Assembly: GCA_964386355.1 (NCBI GenBank)
Contig: CAYLQQ010000003.1
Coordinates: 69,880-133,879 of the forward strand
DNA from: an uncultured Pseudomonadales bacterium
Lineage (GTDB): Bacteria > Patescibacteriota > Microgenomatia > UBA1400 > UBA1449
DNA length: 64,000 nucleotides
Direction: 5' to 3'
Position 1 is the stretch's first letter, and the number at the start of each line of letters is the position of its first letter. Both the position numbers and the translations under genes were made by a program. Below, one piece after another: positions 45,218 through 55,402 of this stretch. Under the pieces are notes generated by a model. The model was given only the letters and a program-made list of their open reading frames with translations, did not search any database and was not told the origin of the DNA.

Positions 45218-46987
45218 ATGGCAGGTAAGGACGAGGTAAAGCAAAAGATCGATATAGTTGATTACATAGGCTCGCAAATTCAGCTCAAACGGGCTGGTCG
45301 CAATTTTAAGGGCCTCTGTCCCTTTCACCTCGAGAAAACACCCTCATTCCATGTTTCTTCAGATAGGCAGATATTCAAGTGCTTTGGTTGCGGCAAATCG
45401 GGTGACATTTTCACCTTTTACCAGGAACGAGAGGGTGTGACCTTTTTTGAGGCGCTTAAAGATTTGGCTAAGATTGCCGGTGTAGAGCTTGACAGCTTCG
45501 AACCTAGCGATGAGTATAACCAGAAGCAGCGGTTATTAGAGTTACATGCAGCAGTAGCCAAGCTATTTAACTACCTTTTAATCCAACACCAAATAGGTAA
45601 AAAAGCCTTCCTCTACATCCAGGAGCGGGGTGTTACATCCAGTCAGATCAAAGAATTTAACCTTGGCTACGCTCCTGATAGTTGGCGAACGGTAACCGAT
45701 TATTTGACCAGAAGAAAAGGCTATAAGCCCGAAGAGGTTGAGGCGGCTGGATTGGCTATTCGCAGTTCAAACGGCTGGTACGACCGGTTTAGGGGGCGGA
45801 TCATGTTTCCGCTTACCGATCACAGGGGCAACCTGGTCGGGTTTTCAGGCAGGATACTACCTGATTTGGATGATGGTAAATCAGGCAAGTACATAAACAC
45901 ACCAGAAACAAGCATTTATCACAAAAGCCAGCTTTTATTCCCTTTATACAACCTCAAAGACAGGATTCGGGATGAAAAAAGCGTTGTCGTTGTTGAGGGG
46001 GAGTTTGATGTATTATCCAGTATTCGTGCAAGTGTAAGCAACGTCGTAGCTGTAAAAGGCTCAGCTTTGACAAAAGAACAGATTAGCCTCATCAAACGCT
46101 ACTGCGATACTGTTATTTTATCGCTGGATGCCGATAGCGCTGGCGTAGCAGCCGCTAAGCGCGCTATAAGTACACTTCAGATTCAGGAGCTGACTATCAA
46201 AGTGGTTGAAATACCAAACGGTAAAGATCCGGACGAGCTTGCCAGATCTGATCCCAAAGCTTGGCGGGAGGCTGTGAAACATGCGGTCAATATTTATGAT
46301 TTTTTCCTGGATGTAGCTCTGCGTCAGAATGACCCCAAAACCGTTGAAGGCCAAAAAAAGATGAGTGCCGAGTTATTACCCATTTTTTCAAAAATAGAGA
46401 ATAAAATTGAACAAGATCATTATCTCAAAAAACTGGCAGATACATTAGGCATGGCTAAAACTGTAATAGAAGGGGAAATGGAGCGGTTGGTCAAAAAAAG
46501 CCAGATCAATAGGCAATACATTAGCAGTGATACTAATCAGATTGAGAAAAAACCAAGTAGCCGTTTGGAGGCTTTGCTAGATGAGCAATTGACGCTTGTT
46601 ATACATTACTGGGAGACGGTCAGGATATGGTTTGTACCCGGCAGTCTTTTTGCCCAACAACTTGCAGATTTCCCGAAATCAGCCGTAACCTCGATTATGG
46701 AGCTACTCGTGGATAGGCAGCCTGAAAGTATGATTAGCTTTGCAAAAACCTTACCAATGCAACTTCAACCTAAATTTGATGACTGTTTCTTACAAGAACC
46801 AGAACAGATGTCGGTAGAAAAATTACGTAAATCTATAGAAAATATGCAGGCTGATATTGCAAAAATAGAACTTCGTGATAAACTAAACAAGTTGCGCCGC
46901 GATCTTACCTCGACAACTACCGAGCAGCGAGCAACAGTTGAGCAGCAAATCAATGACGTTTTGCTGCGTTTTCGTGTTTACAACTGA
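45218..46987 (+). CDS. dnaG: DNA primase
   Basis: CHC2 zinc finger CPFHLEKTPSFHV...CFGCGKSGD and TOPRIM (VVVEGEFDVLS...LDADSAG). Confidence 0.85.
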   Translation: MAGKDEVKQKIDIVDYIGSQIQLKRAGRNFKGLCPFHLEKTPSFHVSSDRQIFKCFGCGKSGDIFTFYQEREGVTFFEALKDLAKIAGVELDSFEPSDEYNQKQRLLELHAAVAKLFNYLLIQHQIGKKAFLYIQERGVTSSQIKEFNLGYAPDSWRTVTDYLTRRKGYKPEEVEAAGLAIRSSNGWYDRFRGRIMFPLTDHRGNLVGFSGRILPDLDDGKSGKYINTPETSIYHKSQLLFPLYNLKDRIRDEKSVVVVEGEFDVLSSIRASVSNVVAVKGSALTKEQISLIKRYCDTVILSLDADSAGVAAAKRAISTLQIQELTIKVVEIPNGKDPDELARSDPKAWREAVKHAVNIYDFFLDVALRQNDPKTVEGQKKMSAELLPIFSKIENKIEQDHYLKKLADTLGMAKTVIEGEMERLVKKSQINRQYISSDTNQIEKKPSSRLEALLDEQLTLVIHYWETVRIWFVPGSLFAQQLADFPKSAVTSIMELLVDRQPESMISFAKTLPMQLQPKFDDCFLQEPEQMSVEKLRKSIENMQADIAKIELRDKLNKLRRDLTSTTTEQRATVEQQINDVLLRFRVYN

Positions 46988-47103
46988 TATATAAACATCA
47001 TTCTGGAGTTGCGCTACTTTACTCAGTTAACCAGGTTACGATTGAATCCGGTGGATTCTATCAAATGCCTATAGGCTCTTTCCAGAATGACATTTTTTGA
47101 TTC

Positions 47104-48405
47104 ATGGCTACTAAAACATCCACCCTTACCCCAAAACAGCAGCAGGATATTAAAAACCTGATTGATAAAGCTAAAAAACAGGGCTTCGTCAGCCAGGATG
47201 ATGTCATGATGATTTTTCCTCATGCTGAGGACAATATCGAGGCTGTTGATAAACTCTATGACCAGTTTTATAAACTAGGAGTAGACATTTTTGAGTCAGT
47301 GGCTGAGGAAGAGCAAACTGAAGAGGTGCAGGAATCTTCTGATCTGCAAAAAGAACTGGAACTTCTCATATCTTTGGAAAATAAAAAAATCGCAGATCCT
47401 GTCCGGATGTACCTGCGTGAGATCGGACGTATTCCTCTTTTGACCCGTGAACAAGAGATAGATTTGGCACGTAAAACTGAGGCATATGAGGTAAAGCGTA
47501 AAATTGTGGTTTTAAACAATGCTCGTGTCAAACAGGTTGGCGAGCAGCCAACAGATGAGGAAATTACAAAATTGATCAAGGAAAATTATGAGTATGATAT
47601 TGCTGTTGAAGACGTAAGTGTATGGCGTCAAACGCTTCCTATACAAGGACTAACATATAGCCTTATTCCAAATGATCCAGATAAAAAGGCCAAACAAGAC
47701 TTAACGACTGCCAATCTTCGCCTGGTTGTTTCAATTGCCAAAAAATATATCGGTAGAGGGATGAGCTTTCTAGATCTAATTCAGGAAGGAAACAAAGGGC
47801 TGATCAGGGCTGTAGAAAAATACGACTGGAAACGGGGCTATAAGTTTTCCACGTATGCTACCTGGTGGATCAGGCAAGCCATCACTAGAGCTATAGCTGA
47901 TCAGGCGAGGACCATTCGTATTCCCGTACACATGGTCGAGACGATCAATAAGCTTGTGCGGACCCAAAGACGGCTGATGCAGGAGCTAGGCAGAGAACCT
48001 ACTCCAGAGGAAGTTTCCAAAGACATGGAAATAGAGCCTGATAAAGTTCGTGAGATCATGAAAATCTCTCAAAAAACCACCTCCCTGGAAACTCCCATAG
48101 GTGATGATGAGGATTCATATCTGGGAGATTTTATTGCCGATGAGACAACCGAATCGCCGTACGAAATGACCTCTAAGAGGCTCCTGCGTGAGAATTTGAT
48201 GGAAGTTTTGGGGGCTTTGTCTGACCGTGAAGCAAAAGTGCTTAAAATGCGTTTTGGTTTGGACGGTAAACGGCCAATGACGCTTGAGGAGGTTGGAGCT
48301 GAATTTGGAGTTACTCGCGAGCGTATCAGGCAAATTGAAGCTAAGGCATTGCGTAAGCTCAAGCACCCATCCCGTCGAAAAAAGCTACAAGATTTTTTGG
48401 AATAA
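47104..48405 (+). CDS. rpoD: RNA polymerase sigma-70 factor
   Basis: Region 2.4 [22 protein letters not shown] and region 4 [27 protein letters not shown]. Confidence 0.9.
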   Translation: MATKTSTLTPKQQQDIKNLIDKAKKQGFVSQDDVMMIFPHAEDNIEAVDKLYDQFYKLGVDIFESVAEEEQTEEVQESSDLQKELELLISLENKKIADPVRMYLREIGRIPLLTREQEIDLARKTEAYEVKRKIVVLNNARVKQVGEQPTDEEITKLIKENYEYDIAVEDVSVWRQTLPIQGLTYSLIPNDPDKKAKQDLTTANLRLVVSIAKKYIGRGMSFLDLIQEGNKGLIRAVEKYDWKRGYKFSTYATWWIRQAITRAIADQARTIRIPVHMVETINKLVRTQRRLMQELGREPTPEEVSKDMEIEPDKVREIMKISQKTTSLETPIGDDEDSYLGDFIADETTESPYEMTSKRLLRENLMEVLGALSDREAKVLKMRFGLDGKRPMTLEEVGAEFGVTRERIRQIEAKALRKLKHPSRRKKLQDFLE

Positions 48406-48438
48406 TTACTTTACCTAAGTTTGTACAGCATTACCTAA

Positions 48439-48882
48439 TTGTTCTATATAATAGGATTGTACCGATTTGATTTGGTACAACTTACGTATATGCTTTCTCC
48501 TCAATTGCAACGAGGCTTATTTGATTTGGTGTACTTTACCTGGCTACACAACAGCGAGGCAATTGCCTACTTTGTAGGTTGTGTGCTGACGCTCATTCTT
48601 CAGTTTATTAGACCTAGGCGGCTTAATTTACTGTTCTTTGTTGGGTTTTTACTCCTTCTTCTCGAGTTTCAATATGTCAAACATATTGTTGAGCCGCTTG
48701 AGCAGCAAACGCTCCAAACAGTACTTCAGCAGGGAGCAACAGGCGCACGCTTTACTAAATTAACCGGTATATTTTTAGAAAAATTGATTCCGTTTGGATT
48801 ATATCTAGGAGGTTGGGGGGCAGTATTCGTAGGGATATGGCTAGGAAATAAACACTTAATTAATACGAACAAGGAAAGTTAA
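48439..48882 (+). CDS. Hypothetical membrane protein
   Basis: 147 aa, four TM. Confidence 0.3.
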   Translation: MFYIIGLYRFDLVQLTYMLSPQLQRGLFDLVYFTWLHNSEAIAYFVGCVLTLILQFIRPRRLNLLFFVGFLLLLLEFQYVKHIVEPLEQQTLQTVLQQGATGARFTKLTGIFLEKLIPFGLYLGGWGAVFVGIWLGNKHLINTNKES

Positions 48883-48907
48883 GTTACATATTGATATGTA
48901 GCTATCT

Positions 48908-49618
48908 ATGTATTATGATTTATACATGGGATATCAAGGAAAATATCAAGAGAAGCAACTAGCAATTAATCTTCGCTCTCAAGGATTGTCGTACTCCGAA
49001 ATATATAAACACATTACAGTGTCAAAAGATACACTAAGCAGATGGTGCAGAGATGTTCTTTTAGACGATAATCAGATCAAATTATTGCAACAAAAAAGGA
49101 TTAATGGCGGTCAAAAAGGAGGTATAGTTGCATCAGAAAATAAAAAAAGAAAACGGATAAAGATAACAGAAAGAATAACCAGGGATGCAATTATTGAAAT
49201 TGGTAGGTTAAATGATAGAGAAATTTTTCTTGTGGGTGTTGCCCTATACTTAGGCGAGGGGTTGAAGGGAGATTGTGAGGTTGGGTTTACCAATGGGAAC
49301 ACTAAGGTTATTGAATTTATGATGTTTTGGTTTAGAAAAGTATGTAAAGTGGCAGAAAGTAAGTTTAGAGGTCAAATATGGATCCACGACAACCTTGACA
49401 TGGTAAAGGCAAAACACTTTTGGCACAAATTAACTGGAATACCCTTAAGTCAGTTTAGGAAAACATATATTGCTAAAAACAATAATAATTCAAAAAAAAT
49501 ACGCAAACAAATCCATGAGAATGGAATATTTGCAATAAAAATATCTGATGTAAAATTACAAAGGAGAATACTGGGATGGTGTGCTGGAATTTTAGATCAA
49601 GTTAAGGTAAAATCGTAA
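48908..49618 (+). CDS. Hypothetical protein with an N-terminal HTH and a LAGLIDADG-like segment; possible homing-endonuclease relative
   Basis: LRSQGLSYSEIYKHITVSKDTLSRWCRDV (HTH) and FLVGVALYLGEGLKGD (weak LAGLIDADG-like). Lies immediately upstream of the intron-containing tRNA-Asn. Confidence 0.3.
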   Translation: MYYDLYMGYQGKYQEKQLAINLRSQGLSYSEIYKHITVSKDTLSRWCRDVLLDDNQIKLLQQKRINGGQKGGIVASENKKRKRIKITERITRDAIIEIGRLNDREIFLVGVALYLGEGLKGDCEVGFTNGNTKVIEFMMFWFRKVCKVAESKFRGQIWIHDNLDMVKAKHFWHKLTGIPLSQFRKTYIAKNNNNSKKIRKQIHENGIFAIKISDVKLQRRILGWCAGILDQVKVKS

Positions 49619-49748
49619 GGTTATTTTAAATTCCCCGATAGCTTCAGCGAAGCAATCCCTGAGGATATTATCCGAAAGGGACAATGGCATTTGCCAGGTT
49701 CGAATTTATGAAAACTGAAGTAAAAGGGAAAGTTTGACAATTTAATAT

Positions 49749-50132
49749 TCCCCGATAGCTCAATGGCAGAGCATTCGCCTGTTAGAAAATAGCAGCGCCT
49801 TGCAGTAATGTGAGGATGAAAAGTGGGTGAATTCAGGGAAACCTAATTCAAAAGTATTGTTCCCTTTTTTTAGTGGAATAGGCGCGAAGCCGCCTTTAGG
49901 GTTTTACCTACAAAATACTTAAGATATGGTAATCCTGAGCCAAGTTTTTCACTATTTTAAAAAATTTAGTGAGAAAAAGGTGCAGAGACTAGCTGATTAC
50001 AGCAGGCTTGGCCTACGGCCAGGCACAGCGCCCACTCTCCAATAGTTTGGAGAAAGAGATAGTCCATGCTGTGGTGAAAGCCATAGGTTACATGTAAGCG
50101 AAGGGTTCCTGGTTCGAGTCCAGGTCGGGGAG
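49749..50132 (+). tRNA. Split tRNA-Asn (anticodon GUU): 5' exon 49749-49782 and 3' exon 50095-50132, interrupted in the anticodon loop by a candidate group I intron of about 312 nt
   Basis: The exons give TCCCCGA-TA-GCTC-AATGGCA-GAGC-A-TTCGC-CTGT|TAA-GCGAA-GGGTT-CCTGG-TTCGAGT-CCAGG-TCGGGGA-G. The acceptor (7/7) and anticodon stem (5/5) pair perfectly across the insertion. The 5' exon ends in U and the insert ends in G (acatg|taagcgaa). GCAG at 49792-49795 can pair with the exon end CUGU as a P1. Confidence 0.55.
49783..50094 (+). ncRNA. Candidate self-splicing (group I-like) intron within tRNA-Asn(GUU)
   Basis: Inference from exon complementarity, insert length and terminal nucleotides. The P3-P9 core could not be verified by eye. 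Confidence 0.4.
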
Positions 50133-50229
50133 CATTTCTATGGATTTCTACGATTTTCTTCGGATTTTTTCATCACCATACACTCATACAAGCGTAGCTT
50201 AATCCTCATATTCTCGGTATAGTAATTAT

Positions 50230-51174
50230 ATGCTTTCTCACCTGTTCATCCTCATTGTGTGTTTTGTGATTATCTGGTTTAGTTCAGGGATTGTGGTTAA
50301 GGGAGTTGAGAAACTGGCATACCGTTTCAAACTATCCCGGTTTGCTGTATCTGTTTTTTTATTGGGAGTAGTTACCTCACTGCCGGAAATCGGAGTGCTG
50401 GTTAACTCGCTTTTGCTTAATACACCGGAAGTATCCTTAGGAAATCTGGTAGGCGGGCAGATGTATATTCTCTTTTTCATTATCCCGCTTTTGGCAATGG
50501 TGGTAGGTAACATCAAACTACATACTGCCCTCAAGGACAAATCCCTGATAATTACCTTACTGGTATTAGGAGCGCCCTTGGGTGTTCTAGTTGATAAACA
50601 GGTAAATATCGGAGAAGCTTGGTTGTTACTTGTCCTATATCTGGTTTTTATTGTGGTGTATTGGAAGAAGATGAGCTTTCTGGAGAGAGTAGAACAAAAG
50701 CTGCATCACGTTAAAAATGGGGATGGGCTACTGCTATTTAAAGTGTTGGGAGGAATGGGATTAATACTTCTGGCCAGTAATCGGATTGTTACCGAGATAC
50801 ACATACTATCTACTTTATTTAGTATTCACGAATTTTTTGTCAGTATGATTATTATGGCAGTGGGCACGAATACCCCGGAATTGTCGCTGATGCTTAGAGG
50901 GGTGGTGGCGAAACGCTACGATGTGGCTTTGGGTAACTATGTCGGTTCCGCAGCTCTTAATTCGCTGTTAATTACCCTGCTGGTGTTAGGTAGAGGTGGA
51001 AGTGTCGCTATCCATATGAACCTGACTATCCTATTCGTTTTAATGGGTGGTATTGTCTGTTTCTGGTACTTTGCCCGTTCCAAGGGAACGATATCCCGAC
51101 TGGAAGGGATTTGTTTACTGGTGTTTTACCTTCTGTTCATTAGTGTCGGTTTCTTTCAGGAAATCACTACATAA
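50230..51174 (+). CDS. CaCA-family cation/Ca2+ antiporter (YrbG-like)
   Basis: Two alpha-repeat motifs, GVVTSLPEIGV and GTNTPELSLML, in a 10-TM protein. Confidence 0.7.
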   Translation: MLSHLFILIVCFVIIWFSSGIVVKGVEKLAYRFKLSRFAVSVFLLGVVTSLPEIGVLVNSLLLNTPEVSLGNLVGGQMYILFFIIPLLAMVVGNIKLHTALKDKSLIITLLVLGAPLGVLVDKQVNIGEAWLLLVLYLVFIVVYWKKMSFLERVEQKLHHVKNGDGLLLFKVLGGMGLILLASNRIVTEIHILSTLFSIHEFFVSMIIMAVGTNTPELSLMLRGVVAKRYDVALGNYVGSAALNSLLITLLVLGRGGSVAIHMNLTILFVLMGGIVCFWYFARSKGTISRLEGICLLVFYLLFISVGFFQEITT

Positions 51175-51343
51175 AGTTGTATTCACGTATTTCAGGCTAC
51201 AGCAGGAACGGGGTTACCTTTTTGTAGCTTCTTAATTTCCTCCCACCGTGTACGTATTAAGCTCATTTGGACCGTGTTTTCAAAGGAAGAAAGCACGGTA
51301 TTTAAGGCAGTTATATAGTCTCTAGGGCAAGGGAGCAATTTCT

Positions 51344-52462
51344 ATGGATTTCATCAACTGCAATAGTCTCGTTTTCGATATAATTATTCCCATGAACAGC
51401 AAAATAAATCTTACGGATTTGGGTTACGATGAGTTCTTTGAATCCGAAAAGAAGGAATCCGGTTTAACAAAGTACCCGGTAGCCAGAGTAATTGCCGAAT
51501 ACAAAGAAGCTTACAGGGTAAAAAATGCTGATGGAGAATACTTGGCAAGGATTACCGGTAAACAAATGTATAAAGCCCAAAAAAGAGAAGACTATCCTGC
51601 TGTCGGTGATTGGGCAGTGATTGACGTTCTTCCTGATAACAAAGCAGTAATACTGGCAACTTTACCGAGAAGAACAATACTAAAGAAACAATACAATGAT
51701 AAACATGACGCACAAATAATTGCTGCAAATATTGATACTGCGTTTATCGTGGAGTCTATGGATAGGGACTATAACCTCAACCGGTTTGAAAGATTTCTTG
51801 TATTGGTAAGCGAAGGTAAAATAAGACCAATTATTGTGCTTAACAAAACAGATTTAATTTCAAAGGCAGAATTGGAATCAAGGATTATCCAGATTAAAGA
51901 CAGATGTAACGATATAGAAATTATTTGCTCCAGTACAGTCAAAGAGCAGGGATTAAACGATATGTCAAATCATATAATCAGAGGGAAAACATATTGTTTT
52001 CTTGGCTCATCAGGAGTAGGCAAATCTTCTCTGATAAACAAATTGCTTGGAAAGGATACAATTAAAACAGGAGAAATAAATTTTGATACTGAAAGAGGCA
52101 GACATACCACCACTACCAGAGAAATGTATTTTTTGGAGAATGGAGGGATTGTTATTGATAATCCGGGAACAAGAGAAGTAGGGATAGCGAATTCTGATAT
52201 TGGTCTGAAGAGCGTATTTGATGAAATAAGTCTTTTATCTAATAAATGCAAGTATGCCAATTGTACTCATACGCATGAGCCAGATTGTGCTGTTTTGAAA
52301 GCTACAGAAAAAAAGGAACTAGATAAAGGGAAATATGATAACTACATCAAATTAAAAAAAGAATCTGAGTTCTACAAAATGAACGAAATGGAGAAAAGAG
52401 CAAAAGACCGCAAATTCGGACAAATGGTAAAAAAATATCATGATTTGTTTAAGGACAATTAA
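51344..52462 (+). CDS. rsgA: Ribosome small-subunit biogenesis GTPase RsgA (YjeQ)
   Basis: Circularly permuted GTPase motifs: G4 LNKTD, G1 GSSGVGKSSL, G3 DNPG. C-terminal zinc finger CKYANCTHTHEPDCAV. AGGGAG SD upstream. Confidence 0.8.
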   Translation: MDFINCNSLVFDIIIPMNSKINLTDLGYDEFFESEKKESGLTKYPVARVIAEYKEAYRVKNADGEYLARITGKQMYKAQKREDYPAVGDWAVIDVLPDNKAVILATLPRRTILKKQYNDKHDAQIIAANIDTAFIVESMDRDYNLNRFERFLVLVSEGKIRPIIVLNKTDLISKAELESRIIQIKDRCNDIEIICSSTVKEQGLNDMSNHIIRGKTYCFLGSSGVGKSSLINKLLGKDTIKTGEINFDTERGRHTTTTREMYFLENGGIVIDNPGTREVGIANSDIGLKSVFDEISLLSNKCKYANCTHTHEPDCAVLKATEKKELDKGKYDNYIKLKKESEFYKMNEMEKRAKDRKFGQMVKKYHDLFKDN

Positions 52463-52763
52463 ACTCTATTTGCTTTTTAGTTTCTTTATTTCTTCCCCAT
52501 TTATCTTAACTCACTAATATACCTCAGTTTCTGAAAAGCTTTGATTAATGTATTGCCGGGGGTATCTGCAATTTCTTAATCTCATTCCATCTCACCCTTA
52601 TCAAACTCATCTGGATTGGGTTTTGGAATAAGCGCATGATGTTATCAAACGCAGTTATTGGGAGTTCAAGGCTAGGGAGCATTGATATATAAAGATATAG
52701 TATATTGAAAGACTCTCCTCGTGTTTATTATACTTTATTAAAGTTGTGACGTAATATATCTCC

Positions 52764-53081
52764 ATGACTAAAATTAATATTTCAGGCGGAGTTGTACACA
52801 CAGTTCCAGCGGATTTACAGGAAGCTTTATCTTCTGATCCAAATATTATAGCAATGTGGGAAGGGCTCACACCGCTTGCGCGTAATGAATGGATCTGTTG
52901 GGTTACCTTTGTTAAGAAAGATGAGACCAGAAGGAATCATATTAAAAGATTAGTGAGTGAACTCAAGAAAAATAAACGTAGACCTTGTTGTTGGATAGGG
53001 TGTATCCATAGAACAGATAAACCACTTAGCCCTTCTGTAAAAAACATACTCTTCAGGGATTCTAAAAAGGACTCAAAGTGA
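52764..53081 (+). CDS. YdeI/OmpD-associated family protein
   Basis: The pattern ...PADLQEAL..DPN...W..LTPLARNEWICWV...KKDETRRNHIKRLVSEL fits PF13376-type proteins. Confidence 0.5.
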   Translation: MTKINISGGVVHTVPADLQEALSSDPNIIAMWEGLTPLARNEWICWVTFVKKDETRRNHIKRLVSELKKNKRRPCCWIGCIHRTDKPLSPSVKNILFRDSKKDSK

Positions 53082-53146
53082 TGTAAAGTAAGGTACTTCT
53101 TCAAGCTATCAACACTTTATAGTTTGTATGCTAAGATAGGAAATAT

Positions 53147-53455
53147 ATGAACATACCCAAACAAATCAACCAGTCTATTCAAATACAAGAAGGATCAGTT
53201 GTTAGCAGAGAAATAATCAGTAAGCCAACAGGGACTGTTACCTTGTTTGCTTTCGATAAGGGGCAGGGACTGAGCGAGCACAAAACGCCCTACGATGCTT
53301 TGGTGGTGGTCACAGAAGGAGTTGCCGAAATTACAATCTCAGGTACGGTGCACGAAGTGAAAATGGGAGAGATGCTACTCATGCCAGCCAATGAACCTCA
53401 CGCAGTCAAGGCCGTTGGTTCGTTTAAGATGATGTTGACTATGGTTAAGTCATAA
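53147..53455 (+). CDS. Cupin-domain protein
   Basis: LSEHKTPYDALVVV..G...I..G.VHEV..GEMLLMPANEPHAV fits the cupin_2 two-motif pattern. Confidence 0.6.
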   Translation: MNIPKQINQSIQIQEGSVVSREIISKPTGTVTLFAFDKGQGLSEHKTPYDALVVVTEGVAEITISGTVHEVKMGEMLLMPANEPHAVKAVGSFKMMLTMVKS

Positions 53456-53458
53456 ATT

Positions 53459-54097
53459 ATGAAATTCAATCTCCATACACTATTATTGCTTCTGGTAATC
53501 ATACTTTTATCAATATTGATCTATCTAATTACTAAAAAAGAAAATAATTCCTTTTCAAACAATTCTACCCAAACACCAGATGAAACAGAAATTGTTGTAA
53601 GCTCAGATACAAAGACTGCTGATATTGTTGTCACGCCATTACCGGAGAAAGAAACAAAGAGCTTAAAGGTTTATACGGATAGTGAGCGGGGTTTTTCAGT
53701 TGAGTATCCTGATAATATTAAGCCTGAGAATATGCAAAGCGGAGAAGTGACTTTCACCGTATGGGGGCCTACGCAGGCTGAGGACACAGAATTTTATGAC
53801 GGTATCCTGATCAGCTTCCAGTCCATATCATTTGATGGTTTGGATCTAAAAGAGCGGGTCGAAGAAGAGCGGGAAATGCTTGCAGATCTCTATGGTGAGC
53901 CTCTCTCAGAAATTGACCCCATTACTATTGATGGACAGGAGGGGTATATCTATAACGATCACATAGCCCAATACATCTATGTGCCTCAAGCGGGGCAACG
54001 TTACCTCTATATTGTCAATATGACAAAAGACCCAGGCAATATGGGATACAAAGATACAGTGTACAAAATGATAGAAAGTATTAAAATTCTCGAATAA
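53459..54097 (+). CDS. Hypothetical secreted protein
   Basis: Signal/TM anchor followed by an acidic soluble domain. Confidence 0.35.
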   Translation: MKFNLHTLLLLLVIILLSILIYLITKKENNSFSNNSTQTPDETEIVVSSDTKTADIVVTPLPEKETKSLKVYTDSERGFSVEYPDNIKPENMQSGEVTFTVWGPTQAEDTEFYDGILISFQSISFDGLDLKERVEEEREMLADLYGEPLSEIDPITIDGQEGYIYNDHIAQYIYVPQAGQRYLYIVNMTKDPGNMGYKDTVYKMIESIKILE

Positions 54098-54112
54098 AAT
54101 ATCTGTAATTAA

Positions 54113-54958
54113 ATGTTTGTTCAACTTAATATGAAACATAAAAAATCCATTCTCATTGCTCTTTTAGTGCTGTTAATACTGGTATGCATTCTGGGTTATG
54201 CTTGGATAGGTAAAGAATCAAGAGGATCTCAACAGACTGGAAGTAAAACAACCAATAGTACAGTAGCAACTCAAAACAAGGCTGTTACATCAGAAGATTA
54301 TTTACTAGAGGGTTATCCCAGTAAGACCGTACCTCTGTACAAATCTAAAAAAGTCAGCGCTTCGAAATTCTTTGTAAATAAAGACCCACAGCGTTTTGCA
54401 GGCTATTTTGGCAAGACGGTCAACTATTTCAATGTAGTCTTTGAAACCGAAGCAACACCACAAGAGTATCTAAACTACTACCGATCCCTGATGAGTGAGG
54501 CAAACGAAGAATCGGTCTCCGATTCCCAGATCGAGGGTACGATCGGCAAGTACAAAGTAGAAGCTTCCCATTATGGAGATAACCCTGAAAACTATGGCTA
54601 CCTGCAAGTGTATCTGCCAGAAGATGAGTACCAGTCAGACAATCGCTATTTCCAGAATTATCCCAACCTGGTGGAGTTTGACCAGACCACGCCCGAGTAT
54701 GAGAGCAGCTATGGGTTGCTTAACCAGAAGGGTGGCGAGGTCGAATATACTCAGTACTTCCTGATGCCCCAAAAAGATGAAGATAGGGATGCATTGATAC
54801 AGGTCTATCAGGAGAAACATCAGGCAGAGCAAGGCTACAGTTTTGATGAAGAGAGCGGTACTATGAAGTGGCAAAAGAATGGATTTACCGTGACTATGAC
54901 ATTTTCCAAAGACCACGGGAGGATCTACTTAATGATCCGAAAACCGATGGATAAATAA
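54113..54958 (+). CDS. Hypothetical secreted protein
   Basis: Signal/TM anchor; Y/E/Q-rich. Confidence 0.35.
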   Translation: MFVQLNMKHKKSILIALLVLLILVCILGYAWIGKESRGSQQTGSKTTNSTVATQNKAVTSEDYLLEGYPSKTVPLYKSKKVSASKFFVNKDPQRFAGYFGKTVNYFNVVFETEATPQEYLNYYRSLMSEANEESVSDSQIEGTIGKYKVEASHYGDNPENYGYLQVYLPEDEYQSDNRYFQNYPNLVEFDQTTPEYESSYGLLNQKGGEVEYTQYFLMPQKDEDRDALIQVYQEKHQAEQGYSFDEESGTMKWQKNGFTVTMTFSKDHGRIYLMIRKPMDK

Positions 54959-54962
54959 AGCC

Positions 54963-55382
54963 ATGAACTCCTTTTACAAAAAATCAATTCTCTTCTGGTT
55001 TGTATTGCTGGTACTAGCTTTAATCAATGCAACGATCCGTGAAACGACGTACAAACCTTTGCTTACCCCTAGTATCGGCACGCTGTGGGCTCACCAGATT
55101 AGTTTAGTGACTGGAATTCTGCTGTTTTTTGCTGCCATTTATTACTTCCTCAAGCATGTAAAGGATCCGTACTCAAAAAAAGACCTCATCCTTGTTGGAT
55201 TACTGTGGATCGGGATGACTGTCGTATTTGAAACCTTTATGAACGCACAAATCCGCAAGCTGAGTCTGCAAGAAGTGCTTGAAACCTACTATTTTTGGCG
55301 AGGAGATACCTGGGTATTTGTCTTGCTGTCCCTGCTCATCTCTCCCCTGGTTGCTGATACGCGTATCCACAAAACTAGCTAA
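54963..55382 (+). CDS. Hypothetical four-TM membrane protein
   Basis: Hydrophobicity only. Confidence 0.3.
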   Translation: MNSFYKKSILFWFVLLVLALINATIRETTYKPLLTPSIGTLWAHQISLVTGILLFFAAIYYFLKHVKDPYSKKDLILVGLLWIGMTVVFETFMNAQIRKLSLQEVLETYYFWRGDTWVFVLLSLLISPLVADTRIHKTS

Positions 55383-55402
55383 AACATATCACCGCGTATT
55401 TA

